Shown here piece by piece: positions 51,501-63,725 of a DNA stretch of 64,000 bases. Source of the DNA: Takakia lepidozioides (taxonomy: Eukaryota; Plantae; Bryophyta); contig CM060734.1 in assembly GCA_030704615.1 (NCBI GenBank), forward strand, positions 57,102,001-57,166,000, in the 5' to 3' direction. Each line of letters starts with the position of its first letter. Position 1 is the first letter of the stretch. The position numbers and the translations under genes were made by a program. A model generated the notes under the pieces. That model searched no databases, was not told the DNA's origin, and saw only the letters and a list, made by a program, of their open reading frames with translations.

Positions 51501-53680
51501 TGGATGTGCAATGCTCGAGGATGAGAAGGGGACAAACGGAGCAACTTTCTGGTAACAGAAAGGCAGGCTGCTTCATCTCCAAGAGCAATCAAAACCTCTG
51601 CTAGCTTCTCCATGCAGCTCCCTGTGCATTATCCAATTGAAAAACAGAATGTTATGTTCTCTCTGAGATTCACAGTTCTGCCACCAATGCTTTACCCTAT
51701 TGGTTCTCTTTTATTAAGACCAGAGATACAAGCCCCAACCCGAGGTACCTCTCTACCAGAAGTACTTGGCAGCATGACTACACAACCTTCATAGAACAAA
51801 CCCTGTACACATTACAGCGAGAGCAAAGGGAAACAGTTACCACACAGTTAGAATATGCACAGATGGAGCATGACGGTAGACAAGAGGATCTTACAGTGGC
51901 GGGGGCTGCAACATAGGCCCTGCTCGAAAGCCCGGCGAGCAACATTGAGAGAGCCAACAGAGCATGCAAGTGTCCCTAGCCGGTTCCACAATACCACATC
52001 CTTTCCATCAATGGCCGCTGCCTTTATATAGCACTCCAATGCCTCGTCATAGTGGTCAGCACCTTGCTTGGAGAATGTTTCAGCCAAATTTCTCAAGGTT
52101 GAAAACCTAACAACCCAGGGCATGAATCGAGCTGATTCAATACTTGCATATAGTGGTAAACAAAGAACGAAGCTTGTAAATTGGTTGCATGCATTCCAAA
52201 CCCTATATGCAACACAAACAACTCTTAAAGACGTTTCCAAATCCCACCAATTGAATGCTAGATAATCAATCTCCAATTCAGCAAAGATTAGCTGCTATTT
52301 ACGTATGTAATACAAGCCAATTAAAGCATGTACAATATGCAGTCATTTGGGTGCCTGGAAACGGATCCAACCTCAATTGTAGCATGGTGCCAGAGCCTGT
52401 CACACTGTCTCTCTGCCAAAAGACCACTAAACATATCAAACCTTGAAACATTTGTGCAACATAAGCCTCTGTCCTTGAATTACAAATAAGTCATCAGAAG
52501 AGCTGAATTCAACAACAAACTCTTGAGAAAAAATTGTCAAGGCATTTCACCTGAGCCTTGACTGAAATAGGGTCTTGTAAAATGGCCTGGAAGAGATTTT
52601 TGGCCTGATCCAGTCGGCCCAATTGCAGTTGAGACAGTGCTTCTCCATACATTTGTGTCAGCCGGAACTCCTACAGCATTTACAATTTCAAATTCATTCA
52701 GCAGCTCATGGCTCGATCTCTGTTTTTGACAGCAACATTCTAACGAGGTTCAGGTCCTCAGGACATTAAACTCTTGAAGTAATCATGCAAATATGTCCCA
52801 ATCAACCCCTCTCTCCTTCTCACTCTGAGCCTGGGTCTAATGATTTCTTCATTGGTTATAGGTTCTTGGGCCTTATTCTCTCCCTCTCAAGATGTCTCTC
52901 AGAGTGAGGGCAAGAACTCTGAAACACGTTCAAAAACCAAAGGAAGGAAGACAAATGTCCAACCAATCCCACCTTGTGCTTTCACAAACACTAAACACAA
53001 TGGGCTACCCAACTACTCTTTCACACACATTGACTAACCTACCAGAAAATGTGTATTGCTCAATAAAAATACACACAAATGAAGTAGTTTCTAACAACCC
53101 CGCACACATCACTGATGGAATATTGCCTAGATCACAAGCTCAAAGTTTGGAGGAAGAGATGAAAATGAAAACTTCATAACATACAGCAAATAAGATTTGA
53201 AGTGCACACCTGGGCTTCTTTGGTGGGAGCAAGGGGTTCCCCCTGCTTCCGTGTGGTGTCCACATCATTGATGGCCTTGATGGAGAACTGCAAAGCCCAT
53301 TCCATGCAATTCAAGTATAATTTGCCAGAGTTGCACGAGCAGTGGAAACCTACTAATGGCTATGAGAGTTTGAAAACACAACCACGTAGACAAGAGGAGT
53401 TTACATGGAGAGAGCCCATCCAACCCCAACATACACTCTTGGTAAAACTAAATCAGCAACAACTGCAATCACAAGCAAAAATGAGTGGACAATCTCCCCT
53501 TATCAGCAGCAGAGACTGCAACTGTTAGAGAAGCTAGAAATTGCCATATTTCTGAGCCAAAATGTCATAGACCAGACATGCCAGTTACGCATGTGCCAGT
53601 TCTTGCAAAAACCCTCAAGAATTTTCAAAAGAACTTTTTTTTGATCTGATAAACACATTCAGAGAAGAAAAATTTACCAT
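39600..53680 (-). CDS. CABIN1: Calcineurin-binding protein 1 (HIRA-complex TPR subunit), multi-exon; exact 3' end uncertain
   Basis: M|[16 protein letters not shown]|EF; [22 protein letters not shown]; ERRSTRLER; [13 protein letters not shown]; [16 protein letters not shown]; [15 protein letters not shown]; [14 protein letters not shown]; large exon at about 49.2-51.6 kb. Confidence 0.9.
42033..42177 (+). mobile_element. 145-bp solo LTR carrying a tRNA-derived Pol III A/B-box segment, in a CABIN1 intron
   Basis: TG...CA ends; perfect 5-bp TSD CCTAC (42028-42032, 42178-42182); internal tagctcagtggcagagc and T-arm ctagg-ttcaatc-cctag. Confidence 0.65.
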
Positions 53681-54821
53681 AGCTTCAATAAACCACAGTC
53701 ACATGCAGTCAAGCCCGTTCAGAAGTATTTGAAAGGCTTGGCCCCAAATCGGAACTCAGATTTCACTTCAAGCGTCTGCACGTAGGCGACGTGTTGCTCA
53801 GAAGGCCGATAGAATATTGGCCTTAAAAACGAAGCTTCACCAATTCCACACCTACTGCCTTTCACGTATGCCTCTCTCCTAACGAGCTCATCAGCTCTCG
53901 GATGGAATCCATGCTCTAGACATTTTCGTCTGCATATAAACAACCCACAAGGGCATGCGACACAAAATCAGACCATGCAAAAATACTTCAGGATACATGC
54001 ATGAAGTTGTTTGTTGAGAGGCCCGAGGCAAACGACAGAACAACACACTTTGTACATCTCTATAATCCAAACCTCCCAGCTGCCACGCAATCATGAATCC
54101 CAGCTTTAGACGCCAAAGTGATGCACTTGAACTGGGTACCAACAAACCTTCAAATTTAGCTTCAGAAAAACAAAGAAATCCCGCAAAGTGAAATTGAATT
54201 TGAAAGGTTCTCGGCTAGGAGGCATTTTTCGTTCACCACAGAACCTAAAACCCTGTAGCAAACCCTAGCTGCAGGTGACACATTCAGGTTGAGCCTAACC
54301 GACTTTGTTGAAATGGAACCGGAACACGGGGCCGGCTTCCGCTTCTCCTTGAAAACCATTGGGAATGACTCAATGAGGAATCTGCGCTTGCTTGCATTCC
54401 CAGTTTAAAAAGCTTCCGTAACCGAATCGTGATATAGACCATTGCAGACTCTTGCACTCCTTCGTTTTGAACCCGTCCTTGTCACTGTTTTGCACACAGA
54501 TAAATTTCTTACGGATCCCAGTATACCACGACGAACAAGCTCAAACGCAGGTTATAATCAGTCACAGTGCCAGGCGATCTGTCAAAAACTTCTGAGGCGA
54601 CACTTGGTGAAACTAACAAGAGAACCGACAGATTCCAAGAATTGCAGGAGATGCTAGAAACACGCAATGAATGATGTCGACAGATTCAAATACCTGCACG
54701 TAAAAAGAAATCTTCAGTTGGGATTGGCACCTCACTCGCTATGCATGTTCCCTCGCATTCGCTTCCTGTTCGAAGCTGAGCTTCGCGCGCGAGGCACCCT
54801 TGCTTTATTAGGGCAAATCAC

Positions 54822-55010
54822 GACTACTGGATGAAATAAGAGAACAGATTAAGCATCCGGAGAGTCATTCCCAGTTTAATCAGAGAACCTTAACGAATGA
54901 TCCGTTTTCTGTCAAGACTACTGGATGAAATAAAAGAACAGATTAAGCATCCTGAGAATCATTCCGAGTTAAATGAGAGAACCTTAATGAATGATTCGTT
55001 TTCTGTCACG
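54822..55010. repeat. 95-bp tandem duplication upstream of CABIN1
   Basis: gactactggatgaaataa starts at 54822 and 54917. Confidence 0.85.
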
Positions 55011-57007
55011 ATGCATCGATTGTTTGAAGTACCCCCGTGCTTAGAAGTGAGGATATACTCCAGGAGTGAGAGAGAGAAAATGCGCAACGATGATGGTGAT
55101 GCGCATTAGGAGATGGTGAGATGGATTAGGTCGGCTGGGTCCAATTCGCTCTCCAGAGCAGGATGGAGAAGAGCATTTTGGAGAGTGTATTGAGCCGGGT
55201 GTCAATCTGTGTGCTCCTGGTGGTGCTGTTGGTGGAGTTCACAATAGCATGCCACAGGAGCGATGTCATCACTTTCGCAGTCTATGTACAGTTTCAGGTG
55301 TTTTGGCTCGAGTTCCTCGGAGTTTCAACTTCTCGACTCGACTACGTGGAATGGAGACCGGTAGAACTGAGAACACATCTTGCGTTCTCCGTTTCACGCT
55401 TCAATGCCTCTTGTTTTGCCCTTTTCGAATACTTTCCTGCACTGTTTCCTTGTGTCTATTTGTGTTTGGAAATGTTGCTACAGGCCTAATCGCTCCCCTT
55501 TCAAATTGGGCAACTTCTTGTGGAGTATCGGGAGTCGGCTCCAGGAGTGGCTCAAACTGAGAGTATGAAGCTTGCCCATGCAAGATGATGTATGAAACCA
55601 AAATCTTTTGCCCACTCATGAATAAAAATCAACATGCATTGAATTGAAATGAAGAGTGTGCACAGCGGCTGGCCCTAGAAGAACTGAGAGGAAGCAAGCT
55701 TGCCACTTTCAAGAGTCACCCTGTACTTTTCTCCACAGTTTTAACAAAATCGGGCAGAATTTGTCCAGAGGAAAATATTAACTCATGGGCTTTGTTCGCT
55801 CCATGGAACATCTCACGAAACACTAAAATTTGAAGAGTGTTTCAAATCCTACATCCTGAGTACAATCCACCAGGCAAAGATTCGTGTGCTGGACCCACCT
55901 TCTCTTTGTTTGGGATGTTTGGAGCTCTTATGTGCCTCTTTGCAGACATACTCCTGAACAGAACTAAAATGATCATATTGTCAGTTAGACAAAACCACTA
56001 ACTAGTACTTGGTCAAGTGTAACTATGGCTCGTGCGGCATCTATATGTGGTGTGGATGGTCACTTGTCTCTGGCAGGCAGTGATTTATGTGTCTCCACCC
56101 TCCCTACATTTCATGTATGGAGACTGCATCTTCGAAGGTCTAACTATATGGCAAGTTTCTGTTCTCTGGAACCACCCTTGAATTACAAATTGTTATGACA
56201 CACCAACGGGAAATTTTAGCTTGAGATATTGTAGCTTTCTATGAGAAAGTTCACTACAGGATCCCTCGACCCCCTTTACGGCAGAGTCCCTTTGACTTCG
56301 CAAGGAACACAGAACACTCAGATTGAACACATAGTTGACCATTGTTGGATGTCCAATTTTGTGGAGCTTCCAAAAACCAACTGCCATGTAGTTACAGAGA
56401 GGCCCACATCGCAAATTATATGGAGAACCCATATACAGCCAGCTCCACAGTTTTACACAAGCAAGAAAGAAGACAAACCTCCAGTTCCCAAAGTGGTCTT
56501 CAGAAATTAGTTTTAACTTAAAGAGTCTCTTCACCCAGAACAGGGTGTGACATATAAATTAGAGGACAAGCCTCTATGGAAGCTCAATGGCATTCCTCAT
56601 AACCATAAATGAACTACTGTCTGCCTTCCCCAGTAAACTGCATAATAGATATCCAAGTGCCCCTCGATGTCCTCTTTGGAATCGACCCTCCAGTCAGACA
56701 TACCACGACAACCCTACCTTTTCCCTTGGATCAAAGATTGCGCATCTTGACGTGAATCCAAAGAGTATCGTTCTAACATTTCATTGTGAAATGTACTGAA
56801 AGCAGTGAGATATGGTGGTAAACGGGTGATTCAAACCCACAGTAAAGCTACAGATGCTTGTCCGTATGCGAGCCAGATGATGGATATGAAGTGTTAGCTC
56901 GTGCATACGGAAAAGCCCTCAAAAAATGATCGAAGATGAGCGTGTGGATCAAGACAAGTGCGAGCAAGGGAGTGTGATATTTGATGCAAGGACATGCCAA
57001 GCATCCA

Positions 57008-57619
57008 TTACCTCTCCTTCAATTCTGACTCGAATTGCTGAAGCTTTCCTCGGATGGCTGGTAAGAACGACGTCATGAGCGCCTGCGTGATTCTGCTCCT
57101 CTGATTTGAATCTGCAACCTGCGTTTGGCTCACGGAAACCTCCAGCTGAATGTCATCCAACTCGCCATAGCAGGCCTCTGGAACCTTGATTGTGCCCTCC
57201 AGATCCTTGTTCCCCCCATCCGAAATCACCTCTCCCTTATACTTGATCATAATCTCGAACGAGTACCCCACGCGCTTCCTTTGTCTCACTGTTACCAGGG
57301 TTGCATCACCCGTGCAGCTCGATACCTCCATCACATGCGCCCTCCCGTCCGGAAACTCCACAGGACCCACACTGCTTATCAGTTCCTTCACTCTTCCCCA
57401 CGCCCAGCTGTTGAGGCTCCTCTCCTCCCACGTCCCAGCCCGATTCCACACCGATCCCAGCGGAGCAGGTTGCACATTCGCCGTCATATCCATGGCCGAC
57501 AGCTTCCTGGGCACAGCCGCCGGTGCCGCTCCCTCCATACCATTCCGCACACTATACGTGTATGACGAAGCCGTCTGCTGGGTCTCTTCCCCCATCGCCC
57601 CTGGATCCGCCATCGCCAT
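57008..57619 (-). CDS. Activator of Hsp90 ATPase N-terminal (Aha1_N) domain protein, single exon
   Basis: GSVWNRAGTWEERSLNSWA and CTGDATLVTVRQRKRVGYSFEI; intact 203-aa ORF; GA-rich 5' leader. Confidence 0.85.
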   Translation of the reverse strand: MAMADPGAMGEETQQTASSYTYSVRNGMEGAAPAAVPRKLSAMDMTANVQPAPLGSVWNRAGTWEERSLNSWAWGRVKELISSVGPVEFPDGRAHVMEVSSCTGDATLVTVRQRKRVGYSFEIMIKYKGEVISDGGNKDLEGTIKVPEACYGELDDIQLEVSVSQTQVADSNQRSRITQALMTSFLPAIRGKLQQFESELKER

Positions 57620-57796
57620 TCTCCTCCCTCCCCTCTCTCTCCCTCTCTCTCTCCCTCTCTCTCTTTCCGCTCACAAAACTCCACGGCCCCCAAGTCTTGA
57701 ACGTGAAAAGGTCAAACCCAACGAACAGGGGCGGCTATGATCTGTCCTGTCTTAAAGACAGAAGAAAAGAGACGTAAAAAAATGCAGGTTTTACAG

Positions 57797-60560
57797 ATCA
57801 GTCCAAAATCTCCAGACTATGTACAGAGATAACGAGTTAACACATGTTTGTGGAGCAAGGGTTGTTTCAACCCTCCTTTGGTGAAAGGAAAACTAATTGC
57901 CATGCCAGGTGATCGAGAACAGTATGGTGACGGAGGGAAGATATCAGAGCGCTATTCTCATTCTGGTGTAGATGGTGGTGCTCGTTGGAAGCTTGCAGAT
58001 GAGAGTGAGTATGACCCAAGCAAAATAATATCTTGGACATCTTTTCCAAGGGCCTCAAAAATAAACTTAGGACTGACTGATGGTCATATGTTCCTCATTG
58101 TGTAGAGTCCAATGGAGCCCACAGTGACTTGTATGAATGTTGGTGAAAGCTATGCTAGCACTCCTCTATAAAGGAACCTGTCCAAGTGTTGATACAGTTT
58201 CGGGCACGAAGGTCTACCGGGGAGCATGGAGCAGCCCTGGCACGAGTATTTTAAACATCCTTCGCAATGGTGGGACAACAACAACAATGGCAAGGTGTGT
58301 CTTTCTTCATGTATGATGTGAGTAAGTTTGCCCATTTTGCAAAAGTGGGCTCTTCATTTCAATTTCATGATTGTTCTGTTTCCTAGGTACTTGCGAGGGT
58401 TAGCTTTGTCTCAGGAGGCCGTGCTTAAACCTATGGCTGCTCAGCTGCACTGTGGTGGTTCTTACAGACCCATCCGCGATCACCTGACTACAGACATAAG
58501 CAGCGCACACAAGAGGTCCTTTCAGTTGATGGTTGGTTGAATCCTCCTTGGGTGAAAGAAAAGCTAGCTGCTTTCATGACACAAGGTCAAGGACAACGTG
58601 GTGAGGGCACCTTCGTCAACACACTTTGACCTGAGTTGTCCCTAATTTTTTCAAGTTGAACTCTGCCAGTTAGCTTGTCGGTTTGGAGTTAGTGACATGC
58701 TACTGCCAATGTGGCAACAGGCAAAGGTCCAAAAACTGAAAAAGCTGGAAAACAGGTGCATTCTCACATTACCCAAAGCGGATTTAATCCGAACGTTTTT
58801 CTACACAACACCCTTGTGAACTTGTATGTTAAATGTGGGAGCATTGTGGATGCACACCAAGTATAAAAGAAGATGCCTGGATGAGGTCTGATCACGTGGA
58901 ATATAATGATTGCAGGATTTACCAAGCATGGTTGTGGTAAGAAAGCTTTGGAGACGTAAAATGATGCGGGAAGGGGTGAAGCCTAACCACATCACATTTG
59001 TGTGCGTGTGCAATGCGTGTGCAAGTCTGGCAGCCCTCAAAAAGGGCAAGGAGGTCCATGGTGACATCATCAAAGCTGGAATTGTACCAGATGTCATTCT
59101 TAATACTGCCCTGGTGGACATGTATGCCAAATGCGGCAGCATCAAAGATGCAAAGGGAGTGTTCGACAATATGGCTGACCAAAATGTGGTGTCCTGGACT
59201 GCCATGATTGCAGGATTTGTGCAGCATGGGTCTGGGATGGAGGCTTTGGAGGCCTATTAGCAAATGATGCGGGAAGGGGTGAAGCCCAACCACATCATGT
59301 TTGTTTGCGTGTGCGAGCATGGCAGCCCTGGAAAAGGGCAAAGAGGTCCATAGTGACATCATCAAAGCAGGAATTGTACCAGATGTCATTCTGAACACTG
59401 CCCTTCTGGACATGTCTGCCAAATGCGGTAGCATCAAAGATGCAAAGGGGGTGTTTGACAATATGGCTGAGAAAAATGTGGTGTCCTGGAGTGCTATGAT
59501 ATCAGGATATGCGCAGCATGGGTGCGGGATGGAGGCTTTGGAGACCTATGATCAAATGATGCATGAAGGGATGAAGCCAGACCGGGTCATGTTTGTTTGT
59601 GTTTGCAATGCATGTGCGAGCCTGGCAGCCCTGGGAAAGGGCAAAGAGGTCCATGATGACATCACCACAGCTGGAGTTACACCAGATGTTATTCTGAACA
59701 CTGCCCTCGTGGACATGTATGCCAAATGCGGCAGCCTTGACGATGCCAAGGGAGTGTTTGACAATATGGCTGGGCGAGATGTTGTGACCTGGAACGTGAT
59801 GATCACAGGATATGCCCAGCTTGGGTGCAGGATGGAGGCTTTGGAGACCTATGACCAAATGATGCAGGAACGGGTGAAGCCCAACCAGGTCACATTTGTT
59901 TGTGTTTGCAATACGTGTGCAAGCTTTGCAGTCCTGGAGAAGGGCAGAGATGTCCATAATGACATCTTCCAAGCTGGAATTGTACCAGATGTCATTCTGA
60001 GCACTGCCCTGGTGGACATATATGCCAAATGCGGCAGCATTGAGGATGCAAAGGGAGTGTTTGCCAATATGGCTGAACGAGATGTGGTGTCCTGGAACGC
60101 GATGATTGCAGGATATGCCCATCAAGGGTGTGGGATGGAGGCTTTGGAGACCTACGACAAATGATGCGGGAAGGGGTGAAGCCCAACCGGGTCACATTTG
60201 TTGGTGTTTGCAATGCGTGTGCAAGCCTGGCAGCTCTGGAGAAGGGGGACATCATCAAAGCTGGAATTGTACCAGATAGCATTCTGAACAATACACTTGT
60301 GGACATGTATGGCAAAGGTCTGAAGGTGAAGCCCTGCAACTATCTCAAGAAATGCAAGGGGAAGGCCTGAAGCTGAACAGTATCACCTTCATATGTGTTC
60401 TCTCTGCATGTAGTCATACTGGTCTAGTGGATGAAGGCAGATACTATTTCAACTCTCTGAGTCAAGATCATGGCATCACTCCTGCAGTGGAGCACTTTGG
60501 CTGAATGGTGGACCTTCTTGGCCGTGCGGGGCGATTAGTTGAGGCAGAGGACTTGATTAT
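57797..60560 (+). pseudogene. OSB-type PDF-motif plus PLS-class PPR fusion pseudogene
   Basis: PDF exons at 57797-57900, about 58198-58294 and 58468-58600; PPR exon from 58721 with about 303-nt PLS triplets (LVDMYAKCGS, VVSW.AMI.G); C-terminal LSACSH.GLVDEG...MVDLLGRAG; several stops and frameshifts; no DYW seen. Confidence 0.85.
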
Positions 60561-61534
60561 ATACTGTTGAGGGCATTTCCTCTTGCATGTGAACCTTCCA
60601 ACGGCCAGGTTCTACTTTGGACCCAGCGTAGGCAATCCCACAACGTGGGACACTTTGTCATATCTGGACGCGTGGGTTTTGCCCCACTATATTTCATAGT
60701 GTGAATACGGTATCAGCCTCAATATAATCCAATTCCTCAGTCACATAAGAAGCCATAAAGTCCACATCGTACTGCAAGAAAGCGTGCCTCTACTGACCAT
60801 AGATCTGAAAAGAAAATTCTGGGCTTGAACTATCATGCCACAAACCCAATTAGATCATTAAGGATTATATGCCACTTGAGCATAAGAGCCACGTCACGTC
60901 AGGAATGATAATTAGGCTAAGATGTCCTTGCTTTTGGTCTCTTCCAAGATGAGCATATTCATCTGAGAAAACATATCCAACTCTAGTTCATATCATATGA
61001 AAGAAAGGTTTGCTGCCGGATCCCATGGAACTTTTTTTTTTTTTTTTAAGCAAAGGTGACGGAGGCCCTTTAAATCATATTAATAAAAAGGTGTCCTCGA
61101 AAAAATAACCAAGTCTGGAGGAACTGGAAGCATGCCCTTGGGGGGTGTCTCATGCGAAAGCCTTCACGGCGAGGTTACTCTGAAAGAGATTCTTTTTTCC
61201 TCTCACTCTTTTTTTTTAAATTTTTTTTTTTAAGAACAGGGACAGAGACCCTGAAGCTTTATTTTATAATTATTGTTACTATTTGTGAGGTGTCGTTCCC
61301 AGGTGTTTCCCTTTAAAATTTAAAGAAAAAGAAAAAGAAAAAGAAGAAGCATGTGTTCTCTTCATTTTATATCTCCATTAATATACTGTGTTCTCTGTCC
61401 CAACTCCACAACACACATTCCTCAAATGACACTGTACATTCATTTGCCCCTAATTGTTAGGTGTGGTCTCTTTTGGAGACCTCGTGCAAAGGAATTTCCC
61501 TGACAGCTCGAGCGATGGCCTAGAGTGATGGTCC

Positions 61535-61830
61535 TCCTTTCTTTCACAGACTCTACTAGATCTACATAATTGCGTCTTGTTGGAATATCTGAGCTTCTAA
61601 AAAGTTCATCGGTGATGAGGAGTGTCTGAATTGCTAGACACTCATGTACAGCTTTGACATGCCCCGGCCCATAGAATGCCCGTGAGGAGTCCTTGGTAAG
61701 CATGCTGTGGAAATCCTGCATAACTTTCACCTCCTTGGCTGCTTTTGTGTCCTTGATCTTTGCCATCACCTCAGGGGCACTCAGCACTTCCTTTAACGCA
61801 TGCTTGTACCCAGACGACGCATGTTGGAAT
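61535..61830 (-). pseudogene. PELO: Pelota (Dom34) internal fragment
   Basis: [29 protein letters not shown]...RAFYGPGHV...[16 protein letters not shown]...[10 protein letters not shown]. Confidence 0.85.
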
Positions 61831-63153
61831 AATTATAAGTCACTTCTCATTGCTGCTAGGTTGTGCTTTGCCTGTTTGGTTAAGTGCAGTGAGCCCAATG
61901 GATCGACCACTGGCCCCCTATGCTGGCATCCTTAGCCTTGGCATTGGAGACACTATGGTATCCGTGATTGGCTACAATTTTGGATCGAGACGGTTGAGCA
62001 GTACCAGCAAGAAGACAGTTGAAGGAACCATTGCAGGTACATTTGCAGCATCCATAGTACCCTAATCATAATACTATCTTAGTATAAGATTGTACTCATA
62101 AGACATTGTTTGCCGTAGCCTTGTGGCCATTGACCCCGCGCCCAGTTTGAACGGAACATATAGGGACAGAAACTACCTTTGTCAGGGGCTGACACCGGTA
62201 GTATGATTTACCTTGGAATAAACAGTTGATCCGAGATTTCCAGATATCCTCCAGAAATCCCTTCACACAAGCATCAATCTGATGTGTGTGATTTGCCCAA
62301 TAGCTAGACCCCAAAAGGGCCTGGGCTTTTGGCTCAGCCTCAAGATTTTCAAAGTTGTTAAACAGAGGTACAGGCACAATTTCCTTGATGGAACTGAAGA
62401 GGGTGTCCCGTTGGTGAGAGTACCCAGGACAATGAATCAGGAAGTGAATATTGTCTTCAGGTTGCCCACACAACGGGCACTTACAATCCCCCTTTCCTCT
62501 CTGCGACTGTTTGTTGTTCAAAGGTAGGCTACCCGCCCTGAGTTTGAATTTCAGTCTAGTGCCGAGGGTGGGTAGACCCTTGAGGTCATCCATGATGGCC
62601 TCACCCATGTCACAGACTGGAAAGAGGTTCAGGGAAGTTTTCTGCCTAACTTCATTTTCTTCAGACAATTTCCTGGCAATAGACATTGCACTCCTTGAGC
62701 ACCCCGACTTGGATGGATTCAAGAGACTTAGCCTGGTTGGAGTTATCTTAGTATAAGAGTAGACCTATGAGTAACATGATAAATCCTTTGTTCTAGCAAT
62801 ATTCATAGGTGCTTTTTTCAAACCAATCCTGCTTTAAGGATGGCCAATATAGGCTACCAGGCTGCCAAGCTGATCACTTGGACAAAACACTTCACAGCAC
62901 AATGGCTGGGAGCAAGGCATTCTCTTCTCTGTACATAGGTCTGAGTGAACTTGTTGGTATTTTGGCAGGCATCGGGAGTATGATCGTGGTTTGCTTACTG
63001 GTGCTCCGACTGGTGTCAACTTCCCCCTTTCCAGCAAGTCAGATTTGGTCAATAGTGGGTGCTAGTGTAGGAGCAGGTCTAATTGAAGCATATACCTCTC
63101 AATTGGACAATGCCTTTGTGCCCCTCCTATTCTATGCACTTCTCTGTCTCTGA
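61830..63153 (+). pseudogene. DOK1: Dolichol kinase 3' fragment (last two exons, intron retained)
   Basis: SHFSLLLGCALPVWLS...GILSLGIGDTM..KKTVEGTIAG then LIEAYTSQLDNAFVPLLFYALLCL*; no upstream exons. Confidence 0.8.
62090..62743 (-). mobile_element. RTEX-like LINE 3' fragment in the DOK intron
   Basis: Similar to 30082-31020; 15-bp TSD tatcttagtataaga (62075-62089, 62744-62758). Confidence 0.85.
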
Positions 63154-63268
63154 TATGGATACCAGATGAGCAAGCCATAGGTAGACAGAAAAATCCGTTC
63201 TACTACAACAGGCGTCTTAGGGCACTATGTTTTATCACAATGGTGGATCAGCTGTTAGTTCTTACAGA

Positions 63269-63725
63269 AACTATCCAAGATCGCCAGATTACAGACATGA
63301 GGAGCGTGCACAAGAGGTCCTTTGGCTTGAGGGTTGGTTGAATCCTCCTTGAAAGAATAGTGAACTGCCAGGCAAGCACAATTTGGTGAGCGCACCCTCT
63401 TCTTTGAGACAATTAGGCTTGTTTGTCCCCTTATCAGATTCATCCTACTATTTCGTCTCTGAATCCTGTGCTAATGATGTATGAAGGGGTGATACCTAAC
63501 CAGGTCATGTTGATCCGCATTGTCAAGGTGTGTGCCAGCCTGGTAGACATGAAAAAGGGCAAAGACGTCCATGCTGACATCGAGAAAGCTGGGATTGTGC
63601 AGAATAGCATCTGGGAAACTAACTTCTTTTCCATGTATCCGAAAAGCAGTAGCATCAAGGATACAAAGTGACTAATAGACAATATATCTGAATGAAATGT
63701 GGTATCATGGCTCCATATCATTGAG
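63269..63725 (+). pseudogene. Second, more decayed PDF-motif plus PPR relic
   Basis: NYPRSPDYRHEERAQEVLWLEGWLNPP* followed by EGVIPNQV..VCASL...GKDVHADI PPR remnant. Confidence 0.7.

Noticed and set aside
55163-55568. Hydrophobic + strand ORFs as a gene
   Set aside because: No recognisable homology; cannot be supported
57125-57777. + strand ORFs overlapping the Aha1-N gene, and similar antisense ORFs over PPR and CABIN1 exons
   Set aside because: Antisense shadows of real coding sequence
60560-61000. DYW deaminase domain after the PPR array
   Set aside because: No HxE or CxxC motifs; similarity stops at about 60560
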